A stretch of DNA of 63,835 nt, counting the filler, from Octopus bimaculoides (lineage: Eukaryota), in the NCBI RefSeq assembly GCF_001194135.2. It is 4 parts of 4 records of this genome, joined end to end, with 100 filler letters (N's around TTAATTAATTAA, not from the genome) between each part and the next. Parts side by side here need not be neighbours in the genome. Positions count along the whole stretch, not along the records: positions 1 to 31,886 come from NC_068997.1; 3 more parts are not named here. One strand, 5' to 3'. This document shows positions 1 through 12,929 of this stretch, one piece after another (the stretch's first letter is position 1; the number at the start of each line of letters is the position of its first letter). The position numbers were made by a program, and so were the translations under genes. The notes under the pieces are model-generated. The model saw only the letters and a program-made list of their open reading frames with translations. It was not told where the DNA came from and did not search any database.

Positions 1-201
1 TTATATTTTTCAGCTGAAAATTAATAAGCCCCATCTCCTGTATGGTATGGCATCGGAATGATTCAAATGCGAATGAGTGGGATTAAATAATTCCATGTGT
101 AAATAGTTTGGTCATATGTAACAATTTCATCGGTGCATCAACAAAGGTTACGAAGGTTCGATTCCCACTTACGCTCACATTTTATTAGATTACTCGTTGG
201 T

Positions 202-203
<2 letters not shown>

Positions 204-232
<29 letters not shown>

Positions 233-259
233 CTGTGTGTGTGTGTGTGTGTGTGTGTG
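204..259. repeat. (GT)n microsatellite
   Basis: Direct reading; interrupted GT run. Confidence 0.95.
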
Positions 260-859
260 GAAGTCTGTGTATTCGTATGTGTCTGTGTGTATATATGAGC
301 GTACGTGTCTATGTATATAGTGGTGTATGGCTACGTTGTATGCAGTGGCGGGATAACAATTTGAATGTGAATTGTGTTGATAATTTGCGTTACGTTAATG
401 ATTTTTACATCTAAATATGATAATAAACACAGTATACAAATGCTCTGTATTATATCAGTAATCGTATTGACAACGTTCGTTGAAAGTGAATTGATTGGCG
501 AGAAATAACTGCGAATTGTACAACGTTCAACTCAATTGGTCTGAGTGAAAGAGAGATTGCTGCAATTCTTAGTGAAGTTATAAAGCATATATATATTGTT
601 ATATTTGTTAGAATTATCCGTAGCTATATGAGAAAATGTATTCAAGAAGTTAAATAGAAAAAATATGGCAAGAAATACATTTTTATGCGAAAGTTTGTAA
701 ACATTTCAGTAAAACTGCAGGATATTTGGCCAAAGCTTACAGCTACGATAAGAGGCTTGGCTTTAAAAGATTCGGCAAACGTAGATGCTAATGTTATCTC
801 TATTTTAAATCTAAATGTATATATTATTTAGCTTGAGACTGTACCAAATCCTGTAGGCG

Positions 860-935
<76 letters not shown>

Positions 936-946
936 GGTGGTGGTGA
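860..946. repeat. compound (GAT)n(GGT)n microsatellite
   Basis: Direct reading. Confidence 0.95.
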
Positions 947-1505
947 TTAGTGCTTGTAATAATGATTACTCTGCTGGACATTGTGATGATGGACTTGGTG
1001 GAAAACAGTTGGTGTAATGAAATTAGTCGGACAGATGTAGAGGGTTGGCTTTTTTAAAATTTATTTTGCTCTCTATTTCCATGAATGTAGAGAATGTTAT
1101 CAGAGGTTTGGCTCTCTGATATTTCCTGCTAGTTATTCATCTGTCTGGCAGAAAATAACGCTTAGTTCTATACTACTACTACTATTACTACTGCTACTAC
1201 TACTACTACTACTGCTGCTTCTGCTGCTACCATCACCACAACGGCAACGGATAACTAATGACTGTCCAACTGTAGTTGTCACTGTAAAGTAGGAAAAAAG
1301 TAAAATTGAATGTCCACAAAGTTGAAACCAATAAGTTTTTAAAGCAAAAGCTTCATACATCTCCGAATTCGTTGAAAACACATTTCCTTCACTAATAAAA
1401 AAAACTGGTTTTAACCTTCGAGAGAAAATTTGCAAAGTAGAATGAGACAACCGTCTGATCCAGATGTGTCAAAATTCAAAACGAGTGAGAGGTTTTATTA
1501 TTACT

Positions 1506-1541
<36 letters not shown>
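1506..1541. repeat. (CAT)n microsatellite at the 3' end of the R4/Dong LINE
   Basis: Direct reading; abuts the element 3' UTR. Confidence 0.9.
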
Positions 1542-2470
1542 TCAGGTTTTGTTGCAACTCTTGGAGTCATGCTTGCTGCCTGCGGCACCATGTTATCCGT
1601 TCCTTTCAGCTCGCTATTACTTTCCTGATTATTCTGGCCATGCCAAGGAGGCAGACCTTTTGTAACAGTTCTACTTGGCATTCTATTCTCATTTCCTTTA
1701 TATTCCTCTTGATGCCTTCTGATACTGATTCCAAGAACCCAATAATAATTGGCACTATTTTCACCTTCTTCATTTTCCATAGCTGAGCTATTTCATACTT
1801 AAGAGGATTCTATATATCTCTTTTTACACCTTCCTTCTTGGCTATTCGTAGGTTAAAGGGGCATGCAACATCAGCTACGCAGCACATGTGATGCATCTTG
1901 TCCACTGCCACCAGATCCAGTCTGTTATGCTCTAGCAGCTGATTTGTTTGGATTGGGAAATCTCAGTGGATTGGATTTTGCTAGTCTCCGACTCTGTCAC
2001 TCTCTGCGGTTTGTGTTCATACCATGTCTTGCCTCTCTCTAGCCACCACTTTTCACACGGTTTCCAATGTAGCACTTTCACTACCTGATCGCGTCGCCAC
2101 AACTTGTAGTGGTTTGGGGCAAGTCTAGGGCATTCATTCACTCTATTACAGATGCAGCACAGTTGACACACTTGCTCATTCCCAAGGTTGAGCCTCCAAT
2201 TTGTGGCCAAAGCTTGGTCTTGCGCTGCCAATATAATGCTCTCAGTCTCTTTGTTCAGTGTTGCTTTCTTCAGCCATCTCCCACCTGTGTTTTCCAGCAA
2301 CTTCCGTTGTGGTTACAATGGAATTGATTCTGTAGTCCCTTCTTGAGTAATGCTAACACATGTCCTTTTTGTACCTTCTTATTTTGTTTTCCCCTTTTTC
2401 TCTGTTTCCGGTACTCCCCCACTCCTAACTGACATTAAGCAAGGTTTCTTTACTTTGAGATAGGCATCTC
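1541..2470 (-). mobile_element. 5'-truncated R4/Dong-clade non-LTR retrotransposon (zinc knuckle + restriction-like endonuclease), decayed
   Basis: Minus-strand translation gives KETESIILAAQDQALATN, WYEHKPQRVTESETSKI, PDLVAVDK..C.VADVACP, LKYEIAQLWKMKKVKIVPIIIG and LLQKVCLLGMARIIRKV, typical of the R4/Dong C-terminus. Frameshifts and stops are present. Confidence 0.85.
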
Positions 2471-2669
2471 ATTATTATTATTTTGGCTTGGCTTAGGTTT
2501 GGTCTTATTCCTGGTAAGAATTATGCGGATAGAAGGTTACAGCCTGTAACCGTAGGTATCTACAAGTTTTCAGCAGTGTTTAACGTGCTTAGCTCCCCCT
2601 TGATAATCCTTGTTGTCCCTAAGAGAAAAACTTTCTGTAGGGGCTCTTATCGAGCGTTCTATTTGAATC

Positions 2670-2820
2670 TCCGTCAGCCAATTAGTATTTATTTTATCTA
2701 CTCCAAAAGAACGAAAGGCAAATTCGATCTGGGCAGAATTTAAAACCAGAAGGCAAAGACGGTCAGAATGCCGCTCGGCAGTTTGCCTGGTGTGCTCACG
2801 ATTCTGCCAGTTCACCGCAT
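2670..2820 (-). mobile_element. tRNA-derived octopus-type SINE (family A), diverged
   Basis: Matches the window-internal consensus core actggtacttattttatcgaccccgaaaggatgaaaggcaaagtcgacc...gctaacgattctgccagctc, with A/B-box-like head on the minus strand. Confidence 0.75.
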
Positions 2821-2840
2821 TCCTTTTGTATATAATATTG

Positions 2841-3182
2841 GTTTCAAATTTTGGCACAAGACCAGCAATTTCGTAGGTGGGGGTAAGTTGATTACATTGA
2901 CCCCAGTGCTCAACTAGATTTATTTTATCGAACCCGAAAGGATGAAAAGTAAAGTCGACATGAGCGCTTTTTGTAATTAAATATTCTTTTCTACTCAAGG
3001 CACAAGGCCCGAAATTTTGGGGGAGGGGGCCAGTCGATTAGATGGACCCCAGTACGCAACTGGTACTTAATTTATCGACCCGAAAGAATGAAAGGCAAAG
3101 TCGACCTCGGCAGAATTTGAACTCAGAACGTAAAAACTCAGACGAAATACCGGCGTGCTAACGTTTCTACCAACTCGCCGCT
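2841..3182 (-). mobile_element. SINE family A dimer (partial copy + full copy) flanked by a 17-bp direct repeat
   Basis: Two SINE cores in tandem; ttttgtatataatattg at 2824-2840 and 3188-3204. Confidence 0.8.
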
Positions 3183-4039
3183 TTGCTTTTTGTATATAAT
3201 ATTGAAACTAAATGCTTTCTAACCTCGCAAGCATTAAATTATGCCTAGAACAATATATAAAACAACACGCAAGATATTTTAAATGTTTGTCTTCAACAAT
3301 ATAGGTTTGGCAACTTTCTGATTATCAACACTACACCAATATTATCTTAGGACAACATTCAACAATCATTATCGTTTAATAAACTTACTCAAGTAACGAA
3401 CTTCAATGTAAACCTCATTTCGTTTTGCATCAGACAAGTCAATAATGTTTAAACTTCGAAGAAGACTAACTAGGGTAACATAATACTGTAAATGTCATTT
3501 TCTCAAGTCACAATCAACATAAATTAGTTAAAGATAAATCATTGCCTAGGGAAGGTGGGGTTTATTTTTATCCCGTTTTTAACTATTTGGATACCTTCAA
3601 CAAGACGACATCAAAGAGCTTAAAAACTAACTTTACTTTACAGTCCAACATTTTTTCCATATAAAAAACATTCGGAAGATAAAATTTTACCTTTTCTGGT
3701 TGCTAGATGGAGCCATTGTTTTATTTCTCGAATTTCTGCTTCCATTCCACAAACCAAATACGGATTTATCATCACTACCAGTACATACTTTTCTTTGATG
3801 GGTACCATCAAACTTTTCTTTTCCCCCGCCCCCTCTCTCAATACTACTACATACATATGTATGTATGTATGTATGTATACATGCATGTATGTATTATAAA
3901 CACACATGCATATACCTGTTTCTCTCTTTCTTTACCCTATAACTCTCCCTATCTGTGTCTTTCTATTTCATAGCCCTTATTTCTCCCTTTATGCATTTTA
4001 TCGTGTTACTGTTATCTTATGAATTTCTTTTTCCCTCAG

Positions 4040-4188
4040 ATTATCGAGAAAAAGAGAATACTGAGCTGGCCAAAGACAACGAACCAGAACGATTATACCA
4101 TATGACTATGTCGAGAAATATAGGATATGAGAACCAAATATTTTTCTATGGTTCCACTTTAGCTGATAGTTAAAGAATAACATTTTGT
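4040..4188 (+). other. candidate spliced exon (last coding exon or non-coding exon)
   Basis: Long pyrimidine tract + ccctcag acceptor, and gt|gtaagt donor. The frame reads YREKENTELAKDNEPERLYHMTMSRNIGYENQIFFYGSTLADS* with the stop 15 nt before the donor. No homology recognised. Confidence 0.3.
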
Positions 4189-5050
4189 GTAAGTTTAACA
4201 AAAGATAATATTGAGCGCGTTGCCAACAACGATGGCAAGACATAGAATCAGTTATTCCAGCACCAGATGGCGTTGTAGGGGAGAACGAACCAATTAATTT
4301 GGGGAAAGGCTGTGTAAGGTTTATGATTGTTAAGTGGCAACGATAACATCAACAAAAGAGACAGCACTTGGGAAGTAGATGGCAGCATGTGACAAAATCA
4401 AAGTTTAATTGGTCAAACAAATTGTTGCTTTAAACTAGTACACAGCCTTGGCCTTTGTACTGCGTAAAGTAGTTTGCTTCACTTCATTATCGCTGATACA
4501 TCTACAAGGAAATCTCTTTCACTCCACCAAACTTCTATCCGCATCATATGCTAGTGTTCATTCTTCAAATCTCTATACCATTTATTTTCCTTATATAGAA
4601 CAGTAGGTAACATTTTCATTCCTTCATCTTCTCTTTCGAACATTTTACCATAGTAGGAAATTGTCCACTAAATATTCCTTACTCTCCAACTTTACTCATT
4701 GTCGCCGAGTCTCCTGGGAGATGAAAGATGTTACCTCCATTCATGCTGACCTGTCTATCAAAGTAGACAGAATTAGCTACTGTTGAAAACTCGACCAGCA
4801 ACATGTGGCGGCTGATAACAATTGGTCTTTTCTAAACACAAGTTTTTATCTAAAAGGCTATATAGCTTCCTTGAGCACTGCATGCATCAGATATCGATTT
4901 TTTTTTTTCATATAGGCACAGCGAAAAAGTGAAAAGGGAATAAATAAAAGAGTCTGTGAAAAGTTCAAACCTTTTTCAACCTTTAACAGCATAAGTAAGG
5001 GGGAAATGTCAGTAGTTAAGAATATGATTGTATTTCAAACATGGTTAGTT

Positions 5051-5096
<46 letters not shown>
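5051..5096. repeat. (TAG)n microsatellite
   Basis: Direct reading. Confidence 0.95.
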
Positions 5097-6689
5097 CTTT
5101 TGTTATTAGCCATAAAACTCAAAGAGATACTTTAAAAAATGCAAAGAAACCTGAAAGAGTAGGCTTCCAAATAAATTTGGGCTTTGAATGTACAAGTAAG
5201 ACTGAAGGGGGTGGTGGGGACAACTGCCTGAGGCACTGGAGACCCCTCCTCCGGGAACGAATTACTTTTACTATCAAAGACATCTACCATTCCTCTGCTG
5301 TATTCTCGGGCCGAAAGGGTAGGCTGAGCGTAGGACTATTCATGAGACGTAGAAATAATTGACACCCTTGAAAAGAACCCAAGACAAGACAATGTTCCAA
5401 CGATCGAATTAGGCCAAGATGAACGGCTTAGAAAGTGAAATTATCAAATATTGTCAACTAAAAGTTAAACTAATGACGAAATAATTGATAGTTGCCCTAG
5501 TAAGAACAGTAAGTATTCACCAGTTACGTTGGTAACTTCGTAGCTTACCCTAAACTGTTCAAATTACGTATGTGAGTTCTTGCCTTTGTATTCTTCGTAA
5601 ATTTGTGTTCTTGATGATCTTGTTAAATGTCACGCTAATTTTTGAAGAAAAAAAAGGGAAAATGTGGTCGTATAAGAACATCTTAATATATGTATATAAC
5701 ATACACATGCATGAAAAATATGTAGATATATAGACACTTGGGCATGTGAGAAAAGTCTATGTAGTGCGAGAAAATAAATGTGGGAAAAAGAATATAAAAA
5801 TGTTGAGAGACTGTACTTGTGGTCGGTAACGTGGTAGCTAATGTGCTGGTTCTACAAAGGTAAACGGTAAGGTCAAAACAATGGTTTCTAACATTATCGA
5901 GTTAAAATTGTTCGAGAGGAATACCATCGACTAATTCTATCAAGTATATTACTGGTACTTATTTTATTAACTTTCATCACAATCAAATGTAAATACGGTA
6001 CCAAGTTGCATTATAGTGATTTCGAACGGTCAGAAATTTTGAGAGAGCGTCTAGTCGACTAATTTTACCATAGTATATCACTGGTACATAATTTATCGAA
6101 CTCTGCAAGGATGGAAGGCAAACTTGGTAAAAAGCTGAATAATGTGAATTTTTCTTTTTCCGTTTACACGGAGCAAAAGACACTAACAACGACTGCTTTG
6201 TGTCTTGTTTTTTTTTTCTTTTAGGTCCATCGAGGTTGTTGGGTCGAAGTTATCTTCAAACCAAAGATCTAAGCCGGATGCTTGCCACAGAGTGACATCC
6301 GTTAAAACAAGCAAGGATCAGATAAAAGTGTTTAACCAGAAGACAGGTTAAATATACCTCAAATATTTAAAAACGCAAACAGCCAGAATAAAAATCTCAT
6401 GTCATCCCCATTCACTGTTTCCAACAATACTGTCAGTTCCCTGTTCTGGACTGGTGCCTTATTTTATCGCCCCCACCCCGCAAAAAAATGAAAAACAAAG
6501 TTAAACTCGTTGAGGTTTGAACTGAGAATGTAAACAGTCGGGACAAAAAACAAGGCATTTTGTTCTACGCCCCTAACGGCTCTACCAATTCGTCGTCACC
6601 TTATCAGACTTGTGAACGACGTAATCAAAAAGTTGCTGAGTTGACAGAAATAATATAAAGTAATACACGATGCACTGAATATTAATTTC

Positions 6690-6885
6690 AAATTTTGGCA
6701 CAAGACCAGCAATTTCGATTGCCTCGATCCCTGTGCTCAACTGGTACTTATTTTATCGACCCCGTAAAGTTAAAAGGCAAAGTCGACCCCGGCCCCGGCG
6801 GAATATGAACTCAGAACGCGAAGACAGATGAAATGGCGCTAAACATTTTGCCCAGCATGCTAACGATTCTGCCAGCTCGCCACCT
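6690..6885 (-). mobile_element. SINE family A, near full length
   Basis: tttcaaattttggcacaagaccagc...ttttatcgacccc...aaggcaaagtcgacc...ctaacgattctgccagctcgcc; a more decayed copy lies at ~6440-6600. Confidence 0.85.
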
Positions 6886-7881
6886 CACTAAATAGCGAAA
6901 AGAAGAACTTCGAAAATATAGCATACATATATACAAAGTAAAACTATAGATATACAGACAATAAGATATGGTAGAAGGGTATATACAAAGTGGGGAAATA
7001 AATATTTAACGGGAAATAAGAATATAAAAATGTTGACTATTGAAAAAACTTACATTCAATATACTGTCAAAATGAAGTCTCCACTTCTCATCCAGTTAGT
7101 TTTTAAAATAAAAACAGGAAAAATATGAAGCATTTGCTGTGATGAATTATTGCAATCGGTAATTAGTTTCCATATAAGTAGTAACTATTTCTTGAAACAC
7201 TTTCCTGAAGTGGTTAAAATTGAAGAATTTGGATGGAATTTTCTGTGCAATATTTGTATGGCTTAATATAATCATTCGTCTACTCGGACACAGTATTTTG
7301 TTTGCTTGTGCCATGGGTTGTACAACTGATTCTGGGATCACTTAGTGGAATTCCCTGTAAGACTGGATAATTTTCTGAATTTATCTCAACAGTGTATTCA
7401 TTTTCGTCTATTGTGTTCTACAACCATTTATAGATCTCTTGGAATCGCAGAACCTGAAAGATCAGCTGGTACGAAAATAATCAATCACTGAAGCAAACAT
7501 TTCAGTGATGATGTGAAAGATAAATAATGATCGAATATCAAACAACTAATGATTATTTCCGGTTCAGTGATCGATTCAACTTCAAAGTAAACATCAAATA
7601 TTGCATTTCACCGTGAAAATGTTATTTACAAATCTCCTGCTATGGAATTAAATATTCTTTCTTACGGCTCCTGCAGATAATGGTAATGTGTGAGTAAGCA
7701 TATGCACACGCAAGTGAAGTATATGTGCGTCTGTATATGTATTCGTATGTTTTTCTCTGTGTGTTAATGTTTCTGCGCTGTGCATGTGTGTTGGAGAAAG
7801 TGTTTGAATTAAATGAAAGGCCGGTAACTAATTCTGAATTTCCGAAAGGAAATCTATGCTATTTGTATACGTACGCATGTT

Positions 7882-7951
<70 letters not shown>

Positions 7952-7955
7952 TACT
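7882..7955. repeat. (CTA)n microsatellite
   Basis: Direct reading. Confidence 0.95.
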
Positions 7956-8725
7956 AGAGAGCTAAGATACATGAAGGGCAAATCAAGTCCTTCACCACTG
8001 TAAAATTTAAACCATAAGTCATAAAATAAAACCACTTTCTTGGTTTCTGAACTCCTGGCCGAAACAATTAAAAGTCAAAAAGCAGGGAAAATAAAGATAA
8101 ATTGAAGGATTGTGAGATTGAATGGTGTCTTTCGATATTGAAACAGCATAAAAAAAAACCCATAGCATACCTATTGAATGGTGAATAAATAAACCTTGAG
8201 TTCGATAATAAAGAATAATGATATACAGGGAAATATATTGTTCTAAAAATAGTTGTTTGAAAAATCTGTTTGATTTGCTGAATTCTTGAGAAAGGTTTAG
8301 GAGAAGTAGATGAAAGGTTTAGGAGACTGATTCAACCATTCTCCGAACAGAAAGTGCTTCTATGCCATGCAATCATTTAAAATAAGCCCCCAGAATTCTC
8401 TTCAATATTTATTGTCGTCTTAGATTTCTTGTATCCGAGTCTTTTTCTTTGAATAATCAACATGTCTGGAAATCAATATATTCCATCAGTGGAGGCAAAG
8501 CTACAATCATTTCCGTAAATCTCTTTGCCGTAAATTCTTCATTTATAAACTTTCCCTTTTCTCTTTACTTCCGCTTTCAGACACAACTTCCTATCATGAA
8601 GCTTTTCCCGTTCATGTCATTTTCTTTCATCTATTCATCGTACCAGCGTATTTTCCCTCAATCAATACCCTATCCTCTCACTAAATCTTTATATTTCTTC
8701 GAAAGTTTGTGTTGACTATCTCACA

Positions 8726-8766
<41 letters not shown>

Positions 8767-9569
8767 NNNNNNNNNNTCCTATCTAGAGAAGGATAGGTGG
8801 CACGTTCCTAGTTTCCCTTTTATTCCGTTATACTTTAAAGAAGATTCTAGATGATGAGAGAAGACCATGGTTACTGCTTTCACCGTTATTTCCTTCCCAT
8901 CTCTTCTATCTCTCTCATTAGTTTCTCTATTCTCATCCGGGTTATCTCCCCTAATCTTATTCCCTCTACAATAATCAAGGTCACGTGAGTCAACTTATCA
9001 AAAAAAAAAAAACATTTCGAAGAATTATGATCTTGTTCAACCCCAGGTCAGATTTGACGAAGCACACCTATGATCATAAACCTTCCAATTATGCCCATCT
9101 CATTCATTTTCTTTTTCAGATAAATGAACTTTCCTTTACGTTATCCAATATATTCTTTGGGGCGGGGAGGGGGAGCTTTGACAATTATTTCTAACAGCGT
9201 CAACATGTGACAGTGTGCCTGTAATTGTATATTAGGTTAAGTTTATATGTCTGTATAAGTTTGTACGTGCATGTGTTAATGTGTGTGTGAGCAGGTGAGT
9301 ATATGTGTATGTATGTGTATTTGAGAGAATATGCGAGTGCGTGCACTTATAACTGAGTGTGTGGTGGGGAGAGAGAAAGCGAAATACTATGTGCGTGTGT
9401 TTGAGTGTGTGTTTATGTATGTGTGAGTATATGATCTACTTATATAAGTGTATAGATAGAGTCTGTTGTTATGCACAACAGCCATAAAATAGCAGCTGTA
9501 ATAACGAATACAATCTGGATCCAATGGTTGACTGAAACAACAAGAATCCGATTATATAGTGTAACAATT

Positions 9570-9930
9570 CAGTATGGTAATGAAGACATGGAAGATATCA
9601 GCAAAGGCGACCCAAATGCTGGACATATCCCACCAAAAATGCCTGCTGAATCTCTTCCAGCTCATCCGACAATACAGAATTTCAAATGAGAAAAATCTTT
9701 CAGCCAAACTAATCCCAACAGCAGCAAACATTGTGGCACTCTGATTCGTGTCGCTTGGAAGATCACATTTTGTGCCTGCTGGTCACTTGATATAGCAAGA
9801 CTACAATAATGTGGACACCAGAAGAAAGACAACTACAAACAACCACAGAACATCTGCCACAAGACATTCTAGGAAGGCCCCAAACGCATGAGGAATGATT
9901 AGACAGAAGCTAAAACGCTGCTCTAGTAAA
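9570..9930 (+). mobile_element. RTE-clade LINE C-terminal remnant
   Basis: Frameshifted peptides LDISHQKCLLNLFQLIRQYRISNE and IMWTPE resemble the RTE post-RT region. Confidence 0.55.
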
Positions 9931-10687
9931 TCGATTGTGCTTCAGTAGATTGACTGTGCTCCTAGAAAGATACTTCTGACAAACATCCTCCGAAAACCGG
10001 TAACCTAAGCAAACTGTAGGTATGCAGCAGTGTATTTTCCAAAAGACAAGATAACCAGGGAGAAACTTGTCTCTTTGCTGAGTCTTATTATTTCTCAATA
10101 GGGAAATCTTTCATCCTTTGACAGGTTTTATTTTTCAATCCGTCGAGTAAATTCGGTTGAGGCGCTTTAATCGCCAATTGTTCGAAGGCAGGTTGTACTG
10201 GGTTAAATAATACCAACAGCAACAAAGTACAAGCAAATGACGACTATAGATCATAGTAAGTAAACGAAATATCCATTGTATGTACGTGTGTTTATGTTTG
10301 TGTGTATATGCATTCATGTGGTCCCATGTTTGTAGATACTAAAGAAAGAGCTCCCTAATCAAGTATAAAGATACAGTAGATGGTTATGTTTCGTCTCTAC
10401 CCTATCTTTAACTACCAACTCCTCTTAAGATCTGCCAGAAATGTTTAAGTAATGACCCCTCAACTCAATTGCTCACCTTTCAACATCTACTTTTATTATC
10501 TATAACTCTTCCACCTGCTTCCATGGAAAATTCTTTTCTTAGTAATCTTTTCAATGTATAACTTATCAACTTAATGCGAACGCACGTTGAAATAAGCATA
10601 TCTTAATCAACATTTTCCTAATTTCTTTTTAATCTACATATCTCTGTTATCTGTAGAATACAGTTCCTTAAGTTATAGCAGATGCAG

Positions 10688-10814
<127 letters not shown>

Positions 10815-12712
10815 CGCAACACTCTCTTCCTCTCTCTCCCCTTCTCCTTCTTTTTCATACAGACACACACGCGCTTCATATTTTCCTATTGCCCTAATCT
10901 TTATATAACCGACCTCTTATTCGATAAAAGACACACCATGCATTTATTCGGCCAGTTGTTAAACGGTTGTCTTTTCCCTCTAGAACTCTCAGTTAATTAC
11001 ACAAGTACGCCAGATAAAGAAATCCACGGCTTTTGTTCACAGAGACTTAATCTATTTCAGTCTTTTCATATACAAATGTTATTCTCCCAGTCATTGCCTA
11101 ATCTTAGATTCTTGTCTATTTCCCATTCATTTCCCACTGATCTCCATCTTACTTCGAATAAAATGTCGATTTTTTCAGAGATAAAAAGTATTCGTTGAAA
11201 GTGAATTCCTTAATAAATTCATTGTTTTTATTTATCGAAAACGATTACAGCAACCATTTAAAATGATAAAAGAGTTTGTTGATTTGGTGGACATTGTTTT
11301 TATAATAAATCCAGAACATTTAACAGCTACATAGTTGTTTGCTACATATTTTAGTCATTTGTGTGCATTGCAGCAGTGTTTTTAGGAAGACCAAATGCAT
11401 GTTTTAGGCATATCAGTCCACAGCGTTCCCGAGCCTATCGCTTGTGGCTTGTTCCTGTAGTTAACCAGGAATATGTTCTTATTTAAGTCTGTCTTCTGAG
11501 GTAATGGATGGTACATACAGCATTTAATGACATTCCTAACTTCTTGGGTTAAATCCCATTGAATTCTAAATTTGTCTTTTATCCTGTAAGTCGGTAAAAC
11601 AAACACCAGTGACATACTAAGATTCAATTTCACAATATATTACCTACTCTACTAGTGTGTGACATTGTGCTAGTTTAAAAAATTATTATTTAAGACTATC
11701 ATCGGGCACATATCGTTTCACTAAAAGTTGTTAAACTAACCAAAAATATTCTTTTTTTTTTTGTTCTATTTTTAAAAATAACAGAACAGCTCCTAGTCTC
11801 AGATTGCAAATATGGGTTCAGATGATATCCAGCTTGAACTACTGCGGGAGATGTATTTAGGGAAAAAAAACCCAGAGATTTTGCGAAAACTGAGTAGAGG
11901 TGGATAGAAAAGAAGATCACACGACAATAGGTGGCGTTGGGAGGAGATGCTATGAAGCTTACAAATTTACAGAACCAGAAACTACACTAAATATGAAAAA
12001 AAAAGACGTAATTAACCTAATTGTTGCGTTTTGATACTTAATCATTCATTGTCAATGAAATAGCATTTTTATGCAGTCTAGAAAGTTTGTATCTATCAGC
12101 AGCATCCAAGATATATGAGTAGCAATACAATATGGGTCACATTTACAGTTTCTAGAAAATCAGCAAATTAGCTGAGACAGGTAATGCTATATAGGCGTGG
12201 TGGTGAGGATAAAGAATGGCGTAGTACTATGTTCTTTCATTATTATACTTAATGATTATGATTTGGTGTTGTTGAAGCAGACTACAGAGTAACGTCTGCT
12301 ACCATGAGAAATCTGGGTTGCATGTAGTCGACACCTGTGTGTGAAAAGGGTGGCAAGGTATCGTTTACGATGAGGTGTGTTCGAAATAAAAATAACAATA
12401 ACTTTAATGCACAGAAGAAATAGTGTGGGAGACAATACCAATCCTGAAATACTCCAGAGTTGATAAAATATGAATTGAATTTACTTCCATCAACGTAAAT
12501 TGCAAAGCAGTCTGCAAGAAAGTACAAAATAGTTTGCTTTATTTGCAGACGTGCAACTTACGGAGTCATCTTAGTTGACGCGTGACAGATAAAAGCACTC
12601 TGCAGTTTGGGGAGCAATGTGATATTGCCTTTTTTGTTTTGGCCTTAGACATTGCGAAGACAGATGAAAACCTTTCATTTAATAAGGGTATTGTAAGTTC
12701 CTTCATGTATTA

Positions 12713-12929
12713 TGAGGAGCTGGTGAAATGTTCCTGGCTTTGGGTAAAAGAAAATACAGGAGGATCATTTAATTATGATTGTATTCAACATATTCCCCTC
12801 ACAGATTCACACACTTATTGCAGCCGTCCTTCAATTTTTCAAAGCCTTGTAAAAGAACTTAGAAGGTTGAGCCTCCAATCAGGCCTTACGTGACACCCTT
12901 AAAGCCAGGAACTTTTCAGTGTCCCCTCG
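12713..12929. mobile_element. mariner-derived MITE with TA target-site duplication
   Basis: TIRs TA-TGAGGAGCTGGTGAAATGTTCCTGGCTTT and AAAGCCAGGAACTTTTCAGTGTCCCCTCG-TA. The minus strand encodes a mariner C-terminal remnant, QGFEKLKDGCNKCVNL*GEYVE. Confidence 0.85.

Noticed and set aside
130-180. tRNA-like GGTTCGATTCCC
   Set aside because: Isolated B box with no cloverleaf; like the other B boxes here it is best explained as a SINE head remnant, so no tRNA gene is called.
2533-2549. Short palindromes (ggttacag-c-ctgtaacc; also at ~3793 and ~28268)
   Set aside because: Stems of 7-8 bp are expected by chance in 64 kb.
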